A DNA stretch of 59,152 nucleotides, the filler included, from Dimargaris cristalligena (Eukaryota), in assembly GCA_003614675.1 (NCBI GenBank). It is 3 parts of 3 records of this genome, joined end to end, with 100 filler letters (N's around TTAATTAATTAA, not from the genome) between each part and the next. Parts side by side here need not be neighbours in the genome. Positions count along the whole stretch, not along the records: positions 1 to 19,672 come from ML002719.1; positions 19,773 to 39,414 come from ML002721.1; 1 more part is not named here. One strand, given 5' to 3'. The position numbers and the translations under genes are program-made. Of this stretch, positions 13,555-25,396 are shown piece by piece. Numbering within the stretch: the stretch's first letter is position 1; the number at the start of each line of letters is the position of its first letter. Under the pieces are notes generated by a model that was not told the origin of the DNA, searched no databases, and was given only the letters and a program-made list of their open reading frames with translations.

Positions 13555-14385
13555 ATGTCAAACAAGAGCTTCATTAGATTTCTGGGTAAGGCCAACCCGG
13601 CCCCCACCGTCAAGAAATTGGGCCGCATGCTACGCGGTACCAAGGCTTCCTACAGCACCAGCACCACCACTAGCAACACCAATAGCGACGGCTCCACTCC
13701 CCCGTCTCTCTCGTCGTCCTCCGCTACATTGACCGCCACGTCGTCGCGGTTTTCGTTCTTTTCCATCCGCTCGGCCCGCCGCGTCGCCAAGAAATTAACC
13801 AGCGATGTGTTCGACGAATCCCGTACCAACGCGCCGGTGGGCGGTAGACATACCATCTCCCACATTCCCAAGGCCAGGTCCACTGCGGGTCCCAAGAAAA
13901 TCCCCGTTATTGGCTATTTCAGTACCGTCGACGCCCCATCGGCCCTGGGCCTGACCCTGTTCGGCGGCGATTCAACCGCCGAGGGCTCCGATGTTGACTC
14001 GCTAACCACCGGTTCATTCGTATCCCTGCCAGGGTCCGCTTCCCCGGATGGTACGGTAGCCATCCGCGGACGTGGTGGTAACGGTGGTGGTGATTTAGGG
14101 GACGCCTACGGCGTGCCTCCAAATGTGCACCCCATGGCTGGGCCCGTCCCTGCGGAAATGGCCGAACTCCATGCCCAGCGCTACCTCATGGCCTCGACCG
14201 CCCACGCGATTCAAACCCAGCTCGACGGGGCCCAATTCATGGCCGATGGGGAAGATGTAGAATACCAACAACTCCAAACGCAATTGGGGGCCCTCCAGTA
14301 CCACCTGGCTTGTATCGACGCCGCCCTTCTGGCCCGTCATTGCGGAAATAAACTGCGCCAGGTTTACCCGCCCTACGGCTATTGA
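13555..14385 (+). CDS. Hypothetical Ser/Thr-rich protein, paralog A (276 aa)
   Basis: ATG in accATG context after an AT-rich leader. The C-terminal ~80 aa align with 16985-17743. Confidence 0.8.
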   Translation: MSNKSFIRFLGKANPAPTVKKLGRMLRGTKASYSTSTTTSNTNSDGSTPPSLSSSSATLTATSSRFSFFSIRSARRVAKKLTSDVFDESRTNAPVGGRHTISHIPKARSTAGPKKIPVIGYFSTVDAPSALGLTLFGGDSTAEGSDVDSLTTGSFVSLPGSASPDGTVAIRGRGGNGGGDLGDAYGVPPNVHPMAGPVPAEMAELHAQRYLMASTAHAIQTQLDGAQFMADGEDVEYQQLQTQLGALQYHLACIDAALLARHCGNKLRQVYPPYGY

Positions 14386-16984
14386 TCGCGCACTCCCCCC
14401 CCCACCCCACCTACTTACCTACTCACCCACCAGGACACCCCACCATTTTACTAACCTCTATTTAAAATATTTCAATTGAGTCGAAACTTGATATGTCCTG
14501 CTTTGCACCTAACTTTTATATCACCCGTCTAGCCATTGTTAGTTGGCCTTGTTGCATACGCTCATATTTGTTATCGATGCCATCTGCACATATGATATCC
14601 CCCTTGTCATTACATTTTGACACTTTGCTGGCCATGTGTTTTACCCGTCTTCCCTTATTGATAGATCTTCGGACGTGTACTGAAAATATCAGTGCTCCCA
14701 AATTTATCTCAGCATATATATCACTTGTTTTCATTGTCGCTAATTGTATTCATACATCATTTTTCTTGGGATGTTTAGACCGACTATGCTTTTCACTTTC
14801 AACGCTATCCCTTAAGCAGTAATATACATCGCATGTGCATCTATAGTTACATCTACATTTATAAATGCACACCCGTAGAAGCTTTTGGCCGTGAAATGAA
14901 TACATGATTTTGTGCCTGGGCTAATAAGTTTAGTTCAGAAACGATACGGACACGGGGGTTTACTCCCCCATCTATAAAACGTGACTCCCGGAATGTGGCC
15001 ACGCGGTAGCCTAATTTCTCGAGTTTTTTCGGTATTTTTACGCCGACAATCTAATTCTAGCGATGATCACACAAGCTAATATATAACATAATGAACCTAT
15101 TTCAGTTTATTAGCTGACAGCGATCAAAATATTGGTCGGTATATCGTTGAAAAAACCGTCACCCTCCTGTTTGAAACATCTACTCATAGGCTTTGCGTTA
15201 CTTACGATTAGCCAGCCGTCAGCATAATCTTTTCCGATCAGCAGTAATATACCTTGCCCCACCTATTCGTCGGATTTTATTTATAATTGTTTTGGTTTAA
15301 AAAGACGATCGCCGCAATTCACTGTGTTTTGAAACCGCATTAGTCAAAAGAATATAATTACTTCTGAGTCGGGATGTCCGCTAAGCCAATAAGAGGCTGT
15401 CTTCTTCTTTTCTTGTAGCAGCCATACTTCCATTCCCAACGCAGAGTAGATTGCAGCGAAAGACATGTTCGCCGTCTAGATTACTGAGCTTCAAAATAGG
15501 CGAAGATGGGTGAGTAGGGTAAAAAAAGGGTGGGCAATGTTTTACTGCCGCGTAAGGCGTAATGCGCTCAACAGTCTAGCTAGAGGTGTTCGAGTGGGGA
15601 GACCAACAGTGCGGTGACAATTACCCGTAATAGGTACTGAGATGGACACGGACGGGCTATACATAAATGGTTAAAGAGTGTTTCAAGATCATAGTGAAGG
15701 GATATAGTAGCGGGGAGTGGGGTGGGGAGGATATTAATAACGGTTACCCTGGTCACCCCCCCTTTAGATGAAAACCAAACTCCGATGTACCTGCCAACGC
15801 TGATACTGCTACTATGGGCGATACTGATCAGTGGACATATCCCCTTTGGGTAGCAGATATACTGGGACTTGTCCCACCAATTCACCTTCACATTATTAGG
15901 CAACCATTGTTCATGCCACGAATACGGGAAAAAATGGGATGAAGTTACACATCACTACGTAAGTGCGGCTACAATACCCCACCCGCTTTAAGGAGGTGGG
16001 GGCTGGTCAGGTCTCAATGAACAAAAAAAGAGAGAGAGAGAGAGAGGTAGTTGGCCTGCTTCGTCTTGCTAGGCACCCCTCATTGAACTCATTCTAACCG
16101 AGACATTATTTATAGTTTAATCATCCCCCAAAACCCATGCATGGAGATAATGTGGCTATCAAATAGAATAGAGCCGTGGCGGGATTCGCATACCTGGTTT
16201 TACGCGTCCGCTTATTCTTCCGGCTGGTTTAGGACTATCAAGGACCTGTCCTGCGGGCATGTAAGGCTGAGACTGGCATGCGTACGGATCGGCTCGGGTC
16301 CACTCGATTTTAATTGAATCATGGGACCTGTCGGCTCCCTTTACATATACTCCCACCTCTCCTTCCCTCGGTTATGTACATGGAGAGGGCCCCTCCCAAT
16401 TAGTAGCCGCCGCGAGCACCGGGCTTGGACGGAGGCAATCAGCTCGGTTAACTCAGTGTTCATTAGCCTCCCCTGCGCATTTTTTGGCCTCAGTCAGCGG
16501 CAGCCGCCATACACTGTTTTCCTACGGTGTGGGTATATCATATTCATACCTGGCTAATATGGATTGCCCACGGTAAATGGAATCCCGACCACTGGGCTTA
16601 TGGTTGGTATAAGATTAACGGGTCGCTTAATACTCTCTCGGCTGGTCCATCCTAGTCTCCACCAATGATTGGGTCTCTTCCCAGGGAAAACGTCCCCCCC
16701 TCCACACATCCCTCACTGGGTCTTTTAAGGATGCTAAAGTTCACAGCCCGACGGAAAGGCATTGGAGTTCTGTTTCCGTTAAATACTCGGATATCGGACC
16801 TCCCCCCTCCAGTTGCCGAAGCACCGCACTCCCACTCCCTTCGTTTAAGCACATGGACTCTATACTGTTATTCTTATTTTTTACATACCTATTAGCTACA
16901 CTATTACTATTAATATAATCACGCCTTACTCTCCCATTCCTTCTCCTCTCCTCATTTATCATCATCATAACCATCACCATAATC

Positions 16985-17743
16985 ATGTCTTTTAACGAAC
17001 GCTTCGCCAGTATGTGTGCAAGGGCTAGTCTTGTCCGCGCCGTTAAACGCCTAGGACACTTTTTAGGCTGTTCCTCAACGGACGATACCATTTCATCATC
17101 TACCATCTCATACCGCTCCATATCACCCTCCTCCTCCCTTTTCTTCGATTCACCAATTAGTCTATGTAACCCATTCACTATGGATTCAGTGGACCTCAAC
17201 ACTACCACCGCCGCCAACTCTCTGATTTTCCCCGCTACCACTTCCATTACCACCCCCACCACGCGGCCGGTGACCCCCACCAACGACGATACTCTCCCGC
17301 TCCCCTCCTTCGAAAGCCTCGGCCCCGGCCAATTTATCACGGATTCGCTCCTCTCGGCCGATTCATTAGCTTCGGTATGTTCAAGTGCCTCGCTGGATAA
17401 TTCGCTGCCTCCCGAAGGGGCCCCTGAGAAACCGCTCGGTCGGGACACCATGACCCGCACGGGAGGTGAATATTCTTTTGAGATCTTCCCCACCACCCGG
17501 CCGGTCCCTTCCGAACTGGCCATCTTATACGCCCAGCGGTATTTGCTGGTTGCGGCCACGTTCGAAATCCAGGATCATCTCACTAATACATGGCCCCCGA
17601 AACAAGGCGAACGAACGAAATACCGGAATTTGCAAGCGCAGTTGGCGGATCTCGAGAATCGGCTATCCTGCATCGATTCGGCCCTCATGGAAAGGCAATA
17701 CGAGTCGGCACTGCGCCAAATCTATCCTTCTTTGGCCTGCTAA
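16985..17743 (+). CDS. Hypothetical Ser/Thr-rich protein, paralog B (252 aa)
   Basis: ATG in atcATG context. C-terminal PVPSELAILYAQRYL...LSCIDSALMERQYESALRQIYP aligns with paralog A. Confidence 0.8.
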   Translation: MSFNERFASMCARASLVRAVKRLGHFLGCSSTDDTISSSTISYRSISPSSSLFFDSPISLCNPFTMDSVDLNTTTAANSLIFPATTSITTPTTRPVTPTNDDTLPLPSFESLGPGQFITDSLLSADSLASVCSSASLDNSLPPEGAPEKPLGRDTMTRTGGEYSFEIFPTTRPVPSELAILYAQRYLLVAATFEIQDHLTNTWPPKQGERTKYRNLQAQLADLENRLSCIDSALMERQYESALRQIYPSLAC

Positions 17744-19571
17744 ACATTTGCATACGATCATCGCACCATCAATACTGCCTTTTTTATTCTACTCTTTCAC
17801 TTTAGTTTTCGCTTTTATTAGCATTACCATTTCGTTTTATGATCCTCAACAATCCTCCGTTTGTTGGGTCATTTATTTTCTAATGATTGACTCGATGTGC
17901 TGCGTCCACGCTATCCTCTGTACTTTAATGACCGCCTGTCCAGCCATCCTTTTTTTTATTTTTTATACTTCTCCTACTACTTTATTGTTACTCAGTTGTA
18001 TATCAAGGCTACCCACTCGCACAGTAGTACTTATTTATTAACTGGTTTAATTCAACCACCGTTAATTCCCCCCGCCTGCTTTCTGCCGGACAGAAACCGG
18101 GATCCCAATGACTTCATGACCCCATTATGCAACACCCACCATGCTTCACTCTGTCACGCCTACAATAAAATCACCCCTGAAACAGCACTTACTATCTCTC
18201 TCTAAACGTAATATTCGCCGGAGATAAGGTTGTATGTGTTCATTTAGGTTGTCTTAGAAACGCATACTCCGTAGCATAGGCTGTCCGGCTGTATAGTGAG
18301 GCTACACATATAATCGGCATAGCTCCCACGGCCATATAGAATTGAGGCAATCCGATTAGAAATGATATTTATGCAGTCAGTATGGTTTATGTATTAAAGT
18401 GAACCACAGCGATGTACATGTTTCATGGTTTGCTTATGTAGGCATTTATCAATTCATAACAATATGGAACGCCTGATCCGTTTAAACATAAACCACTACC
18501 GAAGAGGAAATGTATACCTAGACCTGATTTATGAATACACCCAGATTCACTGAGCGAAGGGGTCGCTATGGATATTGAGGATAATCTAGATGAACACACC
18601 CTAAGTAGACAATAAAAGCGTAGCTCACCCCATGGAACATGGAATTACGAATGCAATGAACCAAAAGACCCGTAGCCTTTTATTATGCTTCAAAGTTTTC
18701 CTTCTACTTCAATCTGTGACAAAATAAACAATATAAATACATGTTGGATAAGGCTTTATTAGCAATTAGGCCACCTTCGTTATTTTTACGCTGGGACCAA
18801 GGAGGGTCGATTTTACGGTGAATTAATGAGAGGTAAAATCGGCTCTGTATAGATTTATTTATTACTATTTATATTAAGACGAAACGAAATGGTGCCTAGT
18901 TGTACTCTACTCTAGTTTATACACCCCGGGTTTGTGAGGGTGGCCGATTTTGGCTAGTAATTGGACATTGTCTTACTGGTGATGCACCTTTCGCTGTGGG
19001 GACCAAGTGGCCATTCGGTTTCTGAGTGATTAGTCCCATCCAGCGGCTGCACTATGTCTTACATTTCCGTATCATTCATAATCTTACACGGCGGGTTCGA
19101 ACCTCCTGCATATACTCTTCGACTACCTCGTGTATTAAAACAGGGGGGTTATGGTTCATTACATAACTGACCTAATCTAGTCCCCATGAAAACATAGCCC
19201 ACAGACCAGTTTCCATGTAGTCTTGGTGTATAGACAACCGTATGGGGGAAGTTGAGCTATGGTGTTCCCGGTTTTGTGAAGCTCGTGAATGATGCGGCCG
19301 GAATACTGCGTAACCATTAAGATGATACACAGTTGGTATATTCTGCAAGTTTCTTAGTAAGCTATTCACACTTGAAGTTACTCGCATCCTGCAGTGTATC
19401 AATAAATATGGTATGATCCAAGTCGGGTGATATATTTTTACGGGTAATAGGGGGGTATACTACTACGAAAATAAAACTATTACAGTGTCAACTTCCTAAA
19501 GAACTATAAAATCGGTATGAAATTAATTCCCTACGATTGCTACACGAAGCCAATGAGCAAAAAAATAAAAA

Positions 19572-19672
19572 AGTTGTAGCACCAACTATTCCCAAGTGGT
19601 CACCCACCTCAGTACTAAATTGGCTGATCGGGGCTTATCTTCGCAGATCTAACGGGATACGGAGCACATCCT
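19572..19672 (-). rRNA. 5S rRNA gene (or 5S-derived copy), 5' end cut off by contig end
   Basis: Minus strand reads GCTCCGTATCCCGTTAGATCTGCGAAGATAAGC...AGCC...TTAGTACTGAGGTGGGTGACCACTTGGGAATAGTTGGTGCTACAAC followed by a T-run. It has the 5S hallmarks CCCGT-GATC, AAG-TAAGC (box A), AGTACT-GG-TGGGTGACC (box C), GGGAA and GGTGCT, plus a Pol III terminator. Confidence 0.85.
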
Positions 19673-19772
19673 NNNNNNNNNNNNNNNNNNNNNNNNNNNN
19701 NNNNNNNNNNNNNNNNTTAATTAATTAANNNNNNNNNNNNNNNNNNNNNNNNNNNNNNNNNNNNNNNNNNNN
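19673..19772. other. Artificial 100-nt contig spacer (N44-TTAATTAATTAA-N44)
   Basis: Six-frame stop linker inside Ns, identical to 39415-39514. Confidence 0.97.
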
Positions 19773-20605
19773 ATGTCCGTCGATGGAATACTAAGGTAAT
19801 CCTCGTATTCGGAATAGGGCGAGCCACTTGCACTTGCACTTCCCCCCCTGCCTTCGACACCTTCCTGAAGGCGAGAGAATTCCCTGATTAAACCTTTGCG
19901 AGTTGTACGACGGGCGAAATCCATTATTCGCTGCAGAACATTGGAACGGGGTGTGGGGCTGGGGGACGACGAGCCCAGTTGCGGCCAATTGTAATCCAAG
20001 AGGAGAAGTGAGTCGAGTTGGTCGGCCATGTACTGAATAGTCAGCGAGTGTACAACGGTGTGTAGAAAGGGAGCCAGGTCGTCCAGGCGGCTGCTACTAC
20101 TGCTGCTGCTGCTGTCTGAATAATCGGTGTCTAGGGCTGATGAAGTGGGCGACACGAGTTTGGCCAGTTGAGCTCGGAACTGAGCCGAGGGTTAAAGTAG
20201 AAAGGTAAGCGTAAAAATCAAGATAAATAGTAGGGATATATTGAATTGGTATTAGGCTTCCGTATCTGGCAATAGTCCATCGTAAAGAACTATTTTAGAA
20301 AGCCATTGTGTAATGGGCGAACAACAAGACAAGCTCAAAAAAAAAAACCCCTGACTTTAGGTTTTCCAAAATGAGGGGCTGTTACAAATTGGAATTGCTA
20401 TTTAAGTTACCTCTTCATCCGAACCATTGATAATGTAATCGAGTTCTTTGGGCTTTGAATTGGTGACAGGGAGAGACTGGGAAGTTGGCGTAGTTGCCGT
20501 CGTCTTTTTGGTCATAAGGAACTTCAAATTAAAGTCGGTAGAAACGGCCGACAGAGGGGTGGCTGGAAGCGCTAATGCCAGCCAGAAACTGTGGATACGA
20601 ACCAT
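19773..20605 (-). CDS. Putative secreted protein, 3' end truncated by contig end. Exons 20605-20411 and 20179-<19773
   Basis: Signal-peptide-like MVRIHSFWLALALPATPLSA. Donor GAAGAG|gtaact and acceptor tttaac...ctcag|TTC join in phase 0 to the open frame FRAQLAKLVSPT... Confidence 0.65.
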
Positions 20606-22133
20606 GGTTCTACACTCGGACTATTCCACTGGAAAGTAACTTAATTGGCTATAAAATGAGGTGTAGGGTGAATAATAATGGTATGTCCAGCTTGGCAAAA
20701 ACAAAAATGCAATTAAGTACAGGAATAGAAGTGGAAGAAGATGACGTGAAGAGTGGGGGTTCGTTACATATTAAATAAGGGAGAGAGGCAGGGCCCGTTC
20801 TACTGCCTCGGAAATTAATTCTGCAAGGCAAGCGTTCCTCTCCTCCACACTTTTTACAAATCTCGATGAACTATAACTCGCTCTATTCCTATATCCCCCG
20901 CGCCCCATCCCCCTGCTCAAGATTAGTGAAACGCTCCACAAGCGCCTTCTGGCTCGTTGGTTCATATACATTACAGTAGTATATATAAAAAATAGATGCA
21001 TCCCCTATTTGAGTGCCAAGTTCCCGTTTATATCGACAAGAGTGGGGTTTGGGTTGTAAAGAATAGAGAGATAGGGGAGGGACTAGGAAGGATGGGAGGC
21101 ACATGTAAGAATACGAGGCCTGGCCTAGTAAACCATGCGTACCAGTAATAGAAGGACTTCGGGTGTTACGATAGAATCGTTCGAGGCATCTGAGATGGAG
21201 TCTAAGTTTCCCATCCTACACATGCAGGCAGTATCCAACTATTAAGAGAAATAAGCACTGGCAAAATATATTTCCGGGAGGTCGCGAGAATAGCCGGGTG
21301 TATTATGTGCACAGTAAATGGGAGGGGACATGCAATTCATTCCCCATATAGTTGATGTTTTTAAGGGGAGATTGCTCACGATGTGCTTAGTAACCAAAAT
21401 GCTGAGGGCTGATACTTCTTTAGACCGCGGGTGCTTATCCGGCCTAGTTGTGTTCATGGTATATGGGAAGCTAATGCTTGAAGGGAAGGTGTCCATTCTC
21501 TTCAGAATATCCGTCTTCCTCATTCACCTATTCGACATTAGTATACAATGCCGATAGCCCCCATCTCTCAGCTCGGGACCACTAGTCCATTCGGTTATAT
21601 ACAACCGAACCCATTAACATATCCTGCTTATTAACCAACCAGTCGATTATTTGTATATCACCCTCCCCGTTCTAGTTAAGTCAACCTCCACTATATTAAC
21701 ATATCCTTTACATCACTATCTTATAAAATATACTTGTTTTGAGCGTTTTCTACAACACTCGTCTTGGGCTTAGGGTATTCCAAACTTTACTGAGAAATCC
21801 CCCGATGTGGCAACTCGTGGCCTTAACCGTAGAGAACTACTATTGAGCCCTGTGAGACCTATAGGATACAGGGGATCAATAGGGTTCCAGGCAACTCGGT
21901 AACGCAGTTGTATGGGCCATTGAGCTGCCTCGACCATCATGCCGTAAAGACCCACTTCTACAATTTAGAATATCCTCATAATCGCATTTCTATAATATAA
22001 TATTTTAAAACAACCACCGAAAACCAACGATATAGCACTAGCTATTTTTTTTTACAAGATGTACATACATAAATATACATAGGTACGTAGACCAAACTCT
22101 AGATACACGAAGTTGAATAGTCAAAAGGTAGCT

Positions 22134-25100
22134 CTAAGAGTCGCTAAGATCCATATCAATTTCCCCCTCTTCCATATCAGATCCACCAGTGGCTAAGGGA
22201 GACTCCGCGGCGGATGGGGGTGTAATGGTGGGTAGCACTGGGGTGCTAATCTGTGAGTGTTGCTGCTTAGGGGTAGACTCCGGATTCTCCGCATCATCTT
22301 CAGGCCAACCTCCGTATTCCAAGTCGTCCTGTGCCGGCTTCTTACCTGCCTTCTTCCCTTTCGGTTTCTTCTTCCGGTCATCAGCCCTCGGTTTGCGGCT
22401 GGTGGGCGAGGGGGTGGGCTGGGATGCATGGTAATGACCACCCATTCCTGAAGGCCGCCCCGGGGTCATATCCCCCCGGCTGTATCCGTGGCCACCCTGG
22501 TGATACCCGCCCCCATTACCACTTCCGCCGCTACCGTACATGGATGGAGAATGATTAGTGGGCTGGCGTTGGTGTCGGTGGGGGCAATTCAGGTCGTTTT
22601 CGTACTCCCAAAAGTTTTGGAACGGATTGGCCCCGGTTTGAAGTGGTGGGGGAATAGACATTCGTCGATGACTAAACGATGGGGGCGGTGAAGGGGATCG
22701 GGATCGTCGGCTATAGTAGGCCTGGGGTTGGGTTTGGCTATGATTACGACTCGGTAGCCGCGGACGAAGGAGACCAGTTTCTTCTGCCAAACCCCGATAT
22801 GAATGGACAGGTTCCATTGGCCCGTGATGAACCGGCGACCGGGGATGGGTCTCCGTCTGGTCATAGGGATGCAGGCGCACGGTACCGTCCCTGCGACTAT
22901 CAGAGTTAACGGTAGGCAGTGAAGTGAGACTTGGACGGGCGTGTTTTTCCGAAATACGGCGGTAAGAATTCATTAGGGAATTGAACGGGTCGTTGTCGTC
23001 GCCATCATCGATTTTATCTACGGTCTGGGGCTGGAAGTGCACCGGATACCTATGATCGGGATACCCGTGATAGTCGTGGCTACCATGTCCATAGGCATAG
23101 TCATAGGCATGGGCATGGGTATGGGTATGGGCACGGGCACGGGAATGGACATGGGTATGATAATTGTCGGCGGTATAGTTTCGGCCCGGACTGGGCCGCT
23201 GTGGGGTATGACGCCAGATAGCGGGAGGATTCTTGGCGCGCCCCGGCCTGTCCGATGTAAATGAAAACAGGTTCAAGTCGAGCCCGGGAAACTTAACCAA
23301 AGGATAGTACACCGACTGGGTCGTATTTGCGACCGCATGTACTGGGGTGGAGATTGACCGGGCTAATCCAGGGATAGATATGTTACTATCCTTGACTTCA
23401 CCCGGGGAGGTTGGTGCGGCGGATGATGTGGGCCTTAGGGAAGAAGAAGAAGTCGGGATATTCGGCTCATCTTCGTCGCCCGTATATAAAACTAACGGGG
23501 TAAAGGACACCTCGTGGGATTTGGCCTTGTGCAAAGGGTCGGTATCGGGGGTCGGGCCAATGTAGCCCGGTGGATAGCCGAATCGCTTCATCCGCTGGAC
23601 GAATTCGGGGACCGGTTGGGATGCAGCGAGGTCCGGGTGGTTAGTAGAGTCCGAATGATCGGTGGGTTCGGGGGGATTGATGCCCAATGCCTCCAGAAGA
23701 GTGTCGGAGTATTTTCCGGGCTGGTATTTTTCGTACCATTCGCTCCGGCGGTCAATTTCCTCGTCACCGGCATGATAGCTAATAATGGGGGGATATTTCC
23801 CAATAACAGATGAAAAGTTGATACACAAATGAAAATGATAAGAATGTAGATTAGACATGAGATATATTTAGAAAGAGCCTGAATGGACAGACGTTGATGA
23901 TGGCTCACCGAATTATAGCCCCTGCCGAGGTTTGATATTTGGGCCATGCCGTCTATAGCAAACCCGGTATGCTATAGTCTATTACTTACCGACCGTCAAA
24001 CACGGGCCGCTGGCTCGGTGTGTGAAGTGCTCTATTTTGTTTAACCCGAGCTACATCGATGGGCAGTGGACAGTTGTTAACCGCGTGTTCGGGCGACCCA
24101 CAATTAAAGCATGTCCGTGAGAATCCCGACGACAGGGACTGGGTAGGATCGTAGGTTTCCCCTATGATATGCTGGGTAGCCCGTTCGTAATTCCCGCCCA
24201 AAGGGCCCATGAACGCCTTCAGGGGGTCCCGCTGATGTTGGAGAAAATCCAAACTCACCCCATCATCCAACAGGACGGCATAACCGGTTACAGTTTCCTC
24301 CTGGGGGGTGGCTCGGACCGGGGCCGTCAGTACAGTCACCTCCTCTTCCTCGGTGTTGGATAAATCGCTCACGTCGGAGTAGGTATACTGGCCATCGTCG
24401 TCCACTAGGCCACCAGGGTTAGGTAACTTGGGGGCCGATTGGCTGAGGGGTGGCGACGGCTGCCAGTTGGACGATGAGGCCGTGCCCTTGATTGATATGC
24501 TCTCATAGCTAGCGGCGTCCGAAAGTCGTCTGATCCTGTGTCCGTCGGTGGAGAGTTCCAAACCTTTTAAATGGCGTCTTAGGATGGTGTCGAGTTCCGA
24601 CCGCTTTAAATTCAGGTTGCGGATCAGTTCCGAATGGCATAGGCTACTGATGCTAACAAACCCCTGGGGATTCTTCTCCAGAGCAGTATTAGAGGGGCGG
24701 TTGGTTTCGAGGTATTCGGGGGATAGAAGATACATGAAAGCGGCATTGACAGCATCCACTATTTTGGGCTTGAGGCGACGTAGGTGAGGCTGTTTAGGCT
24801 GCCCATTCTTCCGGGGTCTCTTGTTCGGAGGGGAGTAACTATGTAGGTTGGAATCTAGAGCAGTGTTGGTATCGCTCGTCTAAGAGGAAGTGTTATTTAA
24901 AAAATATCGTGGAAAGGGGAGGGGTAATAAAAGTCAGATACAATGGAACTTAGATATGGTCATTCCGTCGTATACTATGGAATGCCTTATTATCGGTGAC
25001 TTTTCACCATTTATTTGTGCTATGCAATGGATTCGTACGCTTATTGTATTAGAACAAGCAAAGCTCTTTAACATGGCCGTTAACTACGTGGTAATAGTAG

Positions 25101-25396
25101 GAGGGGGGTGTCAAGTATCTTACCTCGGCTAAGATGTCAGACGCGAACTTTTGAATGGCGTCATATTTCCACTGGGGTATACCACGACACACCAACATGA
25201 GTGGCGCATCGGGGCATTGTTGCCAGGCTTTCGACAATTGGTTGCTGAATTCAAAGGCGGGAGCTGCAGCCGGGGTTTCCTGGGTCACGGCGGGTGCATT
25301 GGAATGGGTCTGGCTGGACTCCGAGTTCGCTAGACTGGGCGACTGGTCGACGCTGGACGCGTCCCGGGTATTGGGTGTGGTGGGGTCGGTAGACAT
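22134..25396 (-). CDS. ZCCHC8: ZCCHC8-like NEXT-complex scaffold (CCHC knuckle + PSP domain) with inserted La-motif-like domain. Exons 25396-25124, 24879-23990, 23778-22134 (935 aa)
   Basis: In-frame GT-AG splicing (2808 nt). CFNCGSPEHAVNNCP knuckle, GRYH across intron 2, PSP motif YQPGKYSDTLLEALGI...PEFVQRMKRFGYPPGY and C-terminal DMEEGEIDMDLSDS. Confidence 0.8.

Noticed and set aside
16741-17559. 272-aa minus-strand ORF
   Set aside because: Antisense shadow of paralog B, which is supported by homology to paralog A
19086-19134. tRNA-like B-box GGTTCGAACC with a short flanking stem
   Set aside because: Too short, with no D or anticodon arms and a mismatched T-stem, so no cloverleaf forms
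19717-19728. TTAATTAATTAA palindrome (also 39459-39470)
   Set aside because: Synthetic six-frame stop linker inside N spacers
19572-24759. Proximity of 5S rRNA (a La substrate) to the La-motif gene
   Set aside because: They lie on opposite sides of an artificial spacer, so the adjacency is probably not real
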